A DNA stretch of 64,000 nucleotides. Source: Macrostomum lignano (Eukaryota). Below are positions 60,276 to 64,000 of this stretch, piece by piece (the stretch's first letter is position 1; each line of letters opens with the position of its first letter). Location: positions 186,488 through 250,487 of the forward strand of contig NIVC01000404.1 of the NCBI GenBank assembly GCA_002269645.1, written 5' to 3'. Both the position numbers and the translations under genes were made by a program. The notes below the pieces were generated by a model, which saw nothing but the letters and a program-made list of their open reading frames with translations, searched no databases and was not told where the DNA came from.

Positions 60276-63200
60276 ACCACGGTGCAGATAAATGCCGCTA
60301 CCTCCTCGTGGTGAGAGTGGAGAGCGCGCTTAACTGCTGCGGCGGCCAAATGCGGCAGGACCAAGCGAGGGCAGCGGAGCGCGCGTCGGCGAGTTGAACG
60401 CCGTCGCGAGCGAAACTGGCGAGGTCGGCAACGTGGCGCCGCCCGCCGAGCTGCTGCTGCGCTGGCCCAATTGGATCTTCCGGGTGGCGCCGGGACCATG
60501 AGGCTCACCAGCATCGAGCCCCAGCCGTACCAGAAGGCACGCTTCGGGTCGGGACGCTGAACTGCCGCACTCTCAAGGCCACATGGCGGAGAGGGCTGCT
60601 GGCGAGGCTAGCGCTCGACCTCAGCTGTGATGTCATCGCACTACAGGAGGTGTCTATCAGAGCCGACCCCGGACTTCACTGTGAGGACCTGGGCGCCGGT
60701 TGGACACTCTGGTACACCTCAGCGGATGAGCGAGGCCGTGGAGGAGTTGGAGCGCTGATCGGACCGAGGCTGCAGCAGAGCTGTCGCTGCATCTCCCTGT
60801 CTTCTCGCTGCTTCGGGTCGACGTCCGGCTTCGCGGCCGGAACACCCGCCTGTTCTGCGCGTATGCGCCGCCTGCTACCCGCTCCGATGAGGCTCAGGCC
60901 TTCTTCGAGCAACTCTCGGTGCGGGTGGAGGAGATGGCGCAACGTGACACAGTGGTCATTCTCGGAGACCTGAACGCAGTTCTGCGTAGGTCCGAGCGAT
61001 CGCTGTTTGTGACAGCGCGCGAGAACGGCAACACCGGAGCGCTAGAGGACTTCCTGGAGAGACAGGACATGGTGTCGGCCAACACCAGATTCCGCAAGTC
61101 ACCGGGCAGGCTCGCGACCTTCGTGGGCTGCAAGCGGAGGCGGCGGAACCGCGCGGCCGGAACGCTACGCGGAGGCTGGCACAGCTCGACCACGTGCTTG
61201 TGCGCTTTCGTGAGCGCCGCCGCGTCACCAACTGCCACACCATTACGCCGCTGGCTCTGCGGTCCGACCATCGGCTGCTCATCTGCGACCTTCGGCTTCG
61301 GGACCCGCTCTACCGTCCGCCAAAGCGGCCACCGCGGCGCTACTACGCGCGCTCAGGGACGCCGAGACGCGACGTCGCTTTGCCGGTGCCTTTGTCACTG
61401 CGCTGGGCGACAAGCGTGGAGGAGCCGAGTACGCGGAGGTGAGCGCTGCAGTTCGAGCCGCTGCGGAGCAAGCAGTCCCGCTGATGCGACCGGCCCAGCG
61501 CGGGCAGCCGGTCTGGCAGGACGACCCCGCGATCGACGAAGCGAGGGAAGATCTGGAGAGGCTCCGACTGAGTGGGCGGCCAACTCGCGAGGCGGAGGAG
61601 GCTCTGGCGGCTGTCTACCTGCAGCGGCAGCAGTCCGCTGTCGATGACGCCATCCAAGCCGTCTCTGCCGCAGGCCCGATGCCAGAGGGCGCTTGGCCTG
61701 GTCCGCCATCAACACTCTGACGGGGCGAAAGCGCGCATCGCGCTCAACCTGGCAGGCGACACTCCGGATGAGCGCAGGAACGAGCTGCGCGAGTTCTTCG
61801 CCGCCATTGTCAACGCGCCGCCCCCTCCGCTTCCAGAAAATCTGAGGCTGCCGCCGGAGACGCCGTTGCCGGCGGAGGAGAGCTTCAATGTTGCCCCAGT
61901 CAGCACAGCCGACGTTGTGAAGTTCGCTCGGCAGTCGCCGGGCGGCAAAGCGCTTGGTCCGGACGAGGTGCCCACCGAGGCGCTGCGGATCCACTGCGTG
62001 GCCACTGAGGTCGCCAGAGTGATGAACCGCGTGCTTTCGGTGAGGTGGCGCCAAACGAATGGACCACGGCGCACATCGTCGCCATTCCAAAGAAGCCGGG
62101 CACCACCAAGCTCGAGGAGCATCGAGGCATCTGCCTACAGTCCTGCGCCGCGAAGCTGTTCAACCGCATGCGCTATCGCGGTTACAGCCTGTGCTGGACC
62201 CGTACCTGCGACCTGAGCAGAACGGATTCCGGCCCCATCGCGGCACAGTGACGCAGATCCTGCTCTTCGACGAGTCATCGAGGAGGCGCGCATCCGCCAG
62301 TTGACCCTGATCCTGATCTTCGTCGATTTCAGGAAGGCTTTCGACTCGGTCGTGAGGGACGCGCTCCCAGAGGTGCTCCGTGCGTACAACGTGCCAGAGC
62401 TGCTGATTTCTGCTGTCATGGCGCTGTACCACGGCACGACGGCTGCTGTCTCAACACCGGACGGCCTATCGGATTTCTTCGAGACATCCTCCGGGGTGCT
62501 CCAGGGAGATACGCTAGCGCCGTTCCTATTTATTCTGGTGCTTGACTGGGTGCTACGGACTGCTCTGCCTTCCAACGACGACGGCTTCCTGCTGCGGCGA
62601 CGCGTGGGTCGACGCCAACCGGAGAGACGGCTCAGCGTGCTTGGCTACGCCGATGACCTCGCCCTGCTGTCCTCGACCGTCGAGGGCGCCCAACGACAGC
62701 TGGATAGGCTGGTTGCCGTTGCGGCGAGCGTCGGCCTGGTGGTCAACACGCAGAAGACCGTCGTGCTATGCGTGCCGGACGACACCGAGGCTGCAATCTT
62801 CTGCCGAGGCGCTGACGGACAGGCGAGTGAGCTTCCAAGATGTCAGCAGTTCGTCTACCTCGGCGGTCTGGTTCCCGACGTCCGCGAGGATCTGCGGCGT
62901 CGCCGAGGACTTGCTTGGGCTGCCTTTCGTTCTATAAGGTCAGTCCTGCAGTCCGAGGCCCTACCGGACCGCCAGAGGGCGGCGCTGTTCCAGGCGTGAT
63001 CGAGACCGTCCTGTTATAGAACGCCGAGACCTGGACGCTGACAGACTCGCTCGAGGCTCAAGTCGACGCGGCGCACGCTGGCCTGCTGCGCGCCGCCTTC
63101 AAGATCGGCAACGAGCGAGTCACCAACACGGCGCTCTATCATCGCGCCGGCCTGGCCCGTCCTAGCGATCTGCTGCGCCGTCGGCGACTCCAGCTGGCAG

Positions 63201-63440
63201 GCCACGTCATCCGCGCCGAGGCCTACTGTCCGGAGCCGGTGCAGGAGGTGCTGCTACTTACGTTGCAGGCACCCTACCGGCGGGACAGGCGAAGTCTCGG
63301 CGCTACGTCGACTGTCTGCTGGCTGACGCCGGCGCCCGGACTCTGCCGGCGGTGCGGCTTTTGTTCGCGCCCAAGCTTTGAAGCGCGCCATCTGACGCTG
63401 CTTTTGTGAACTGGCAGCGTACTCTGTTGTTGCTGTTGTT
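60001..63440 (+). mobile_element. Young, near full-length RTE-like non-LTR retrotransposon (single APE-endonuclease + RT ORF, ~60310-63395, with several 1-nt frameshifts)
   Basis: APE motifs: RVGTLNCRTL, DVIALQEV, GGVGALI, VILGDLNA, LDHVLVR, SDHRLL. RT motifs: GKALGPDEVP, EQNGFRPHRGT, FVDFRKAFDSV, GVLQGDTLAPFLF, GYADDLALL, FVYLGG. (TGT)n-like tail and ATAGATTACA TSD at 59991-60000 and 63441-63450. Confidence 0.93.
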
Positions 63441-64000
63441 ATAGATTACACCTGGCCCAGAAAGCCTAACTCACATGGATTGAGTATTAGGATGCCGAAA
63501 ATGCAGGCTTGATCGAACCCCTTTTAACGAGATAATGCAGAAGTTTATTTATTTTTACATTACCAACTAACTAATTGTCATCACTGCTAGCTAATGCCTG
63601 TGAGTTGTCTGTAAGTTGTCGCTTCATATTGTGTCAACTGCATGGTGTTTCAGTGCTCAGAAAGTTCTTTAAAGCTTTCGTGTGCCGGAGTTTTCTCAAA
63701 TATAGACTATAGAGCTCGTACGAGCCTCATCGTGTCGCTTGAAACAGCGCGTGTTTCCGTTTTTTATCTCTCTCTCTCTCTCTCTCTCTCCGCTCGCTAA
63801 CCATGCAAACTATAATTTATTAAAATTTTTCACTTTCACTGTGAAAGATTGTTCCTTTTCACTTGCCCTGACGAAGAATTTACCTAATTCGAAATACGAG
63901 CGTATCGGCAACTTAAATCAACTTGACTTGTTTGTCCTTTTTACATGTACCGCGTCCGTGCCTGAGATTGGAGGCGCCTCTCCTCTCTCTCTCTCTCTCT

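Overview
Eukaryotic (metazoan) genomic DNA: short GC-rich exons with GT-AG introns in AT-rich DNA and dozens of micro/minisatellite arrays. The style is reminiscent of a repeat-rich flatworm such as Macrostomum, but that is inference only. Almost all long ORFs in the supplied track are artefacts of tandem repeats. Manual splicing recovers three genes. (1) An Hv1/HVCN1-like voltage-gated proton channel on the minus strand, running off the left edge, with an unusually long S1-S2 loop and possible alternative first exons. (2) A type I phosphatidylinositol-4-phosphate 5-kinase (PIP5K1-like, minus strand, ~18.3-38.7 kb) with a possible frame-switching alternative C-terminal exon. (3) A plus-strand gene (~48.1-57.8 kb) built from symmetric phase-1 exons that each carry an [N/D]Px[T/L/A]G motif resembling the NPITG/NPVTG motifs of Drosophila Jupiter. 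Mobile DNA: a solo LTR with a 4-bp TSD, a CpG-depleted dead Merlin transposase, a tRNA-head CORE-SINE, a decayed RTE-like LINE fragment, and a young, near full-length RTE-like LINE with a TSD and an inverted 5' repeat array. No rRNA, true tRNA or CRISPR array was seen. All coordinates and translations were derived by eye.
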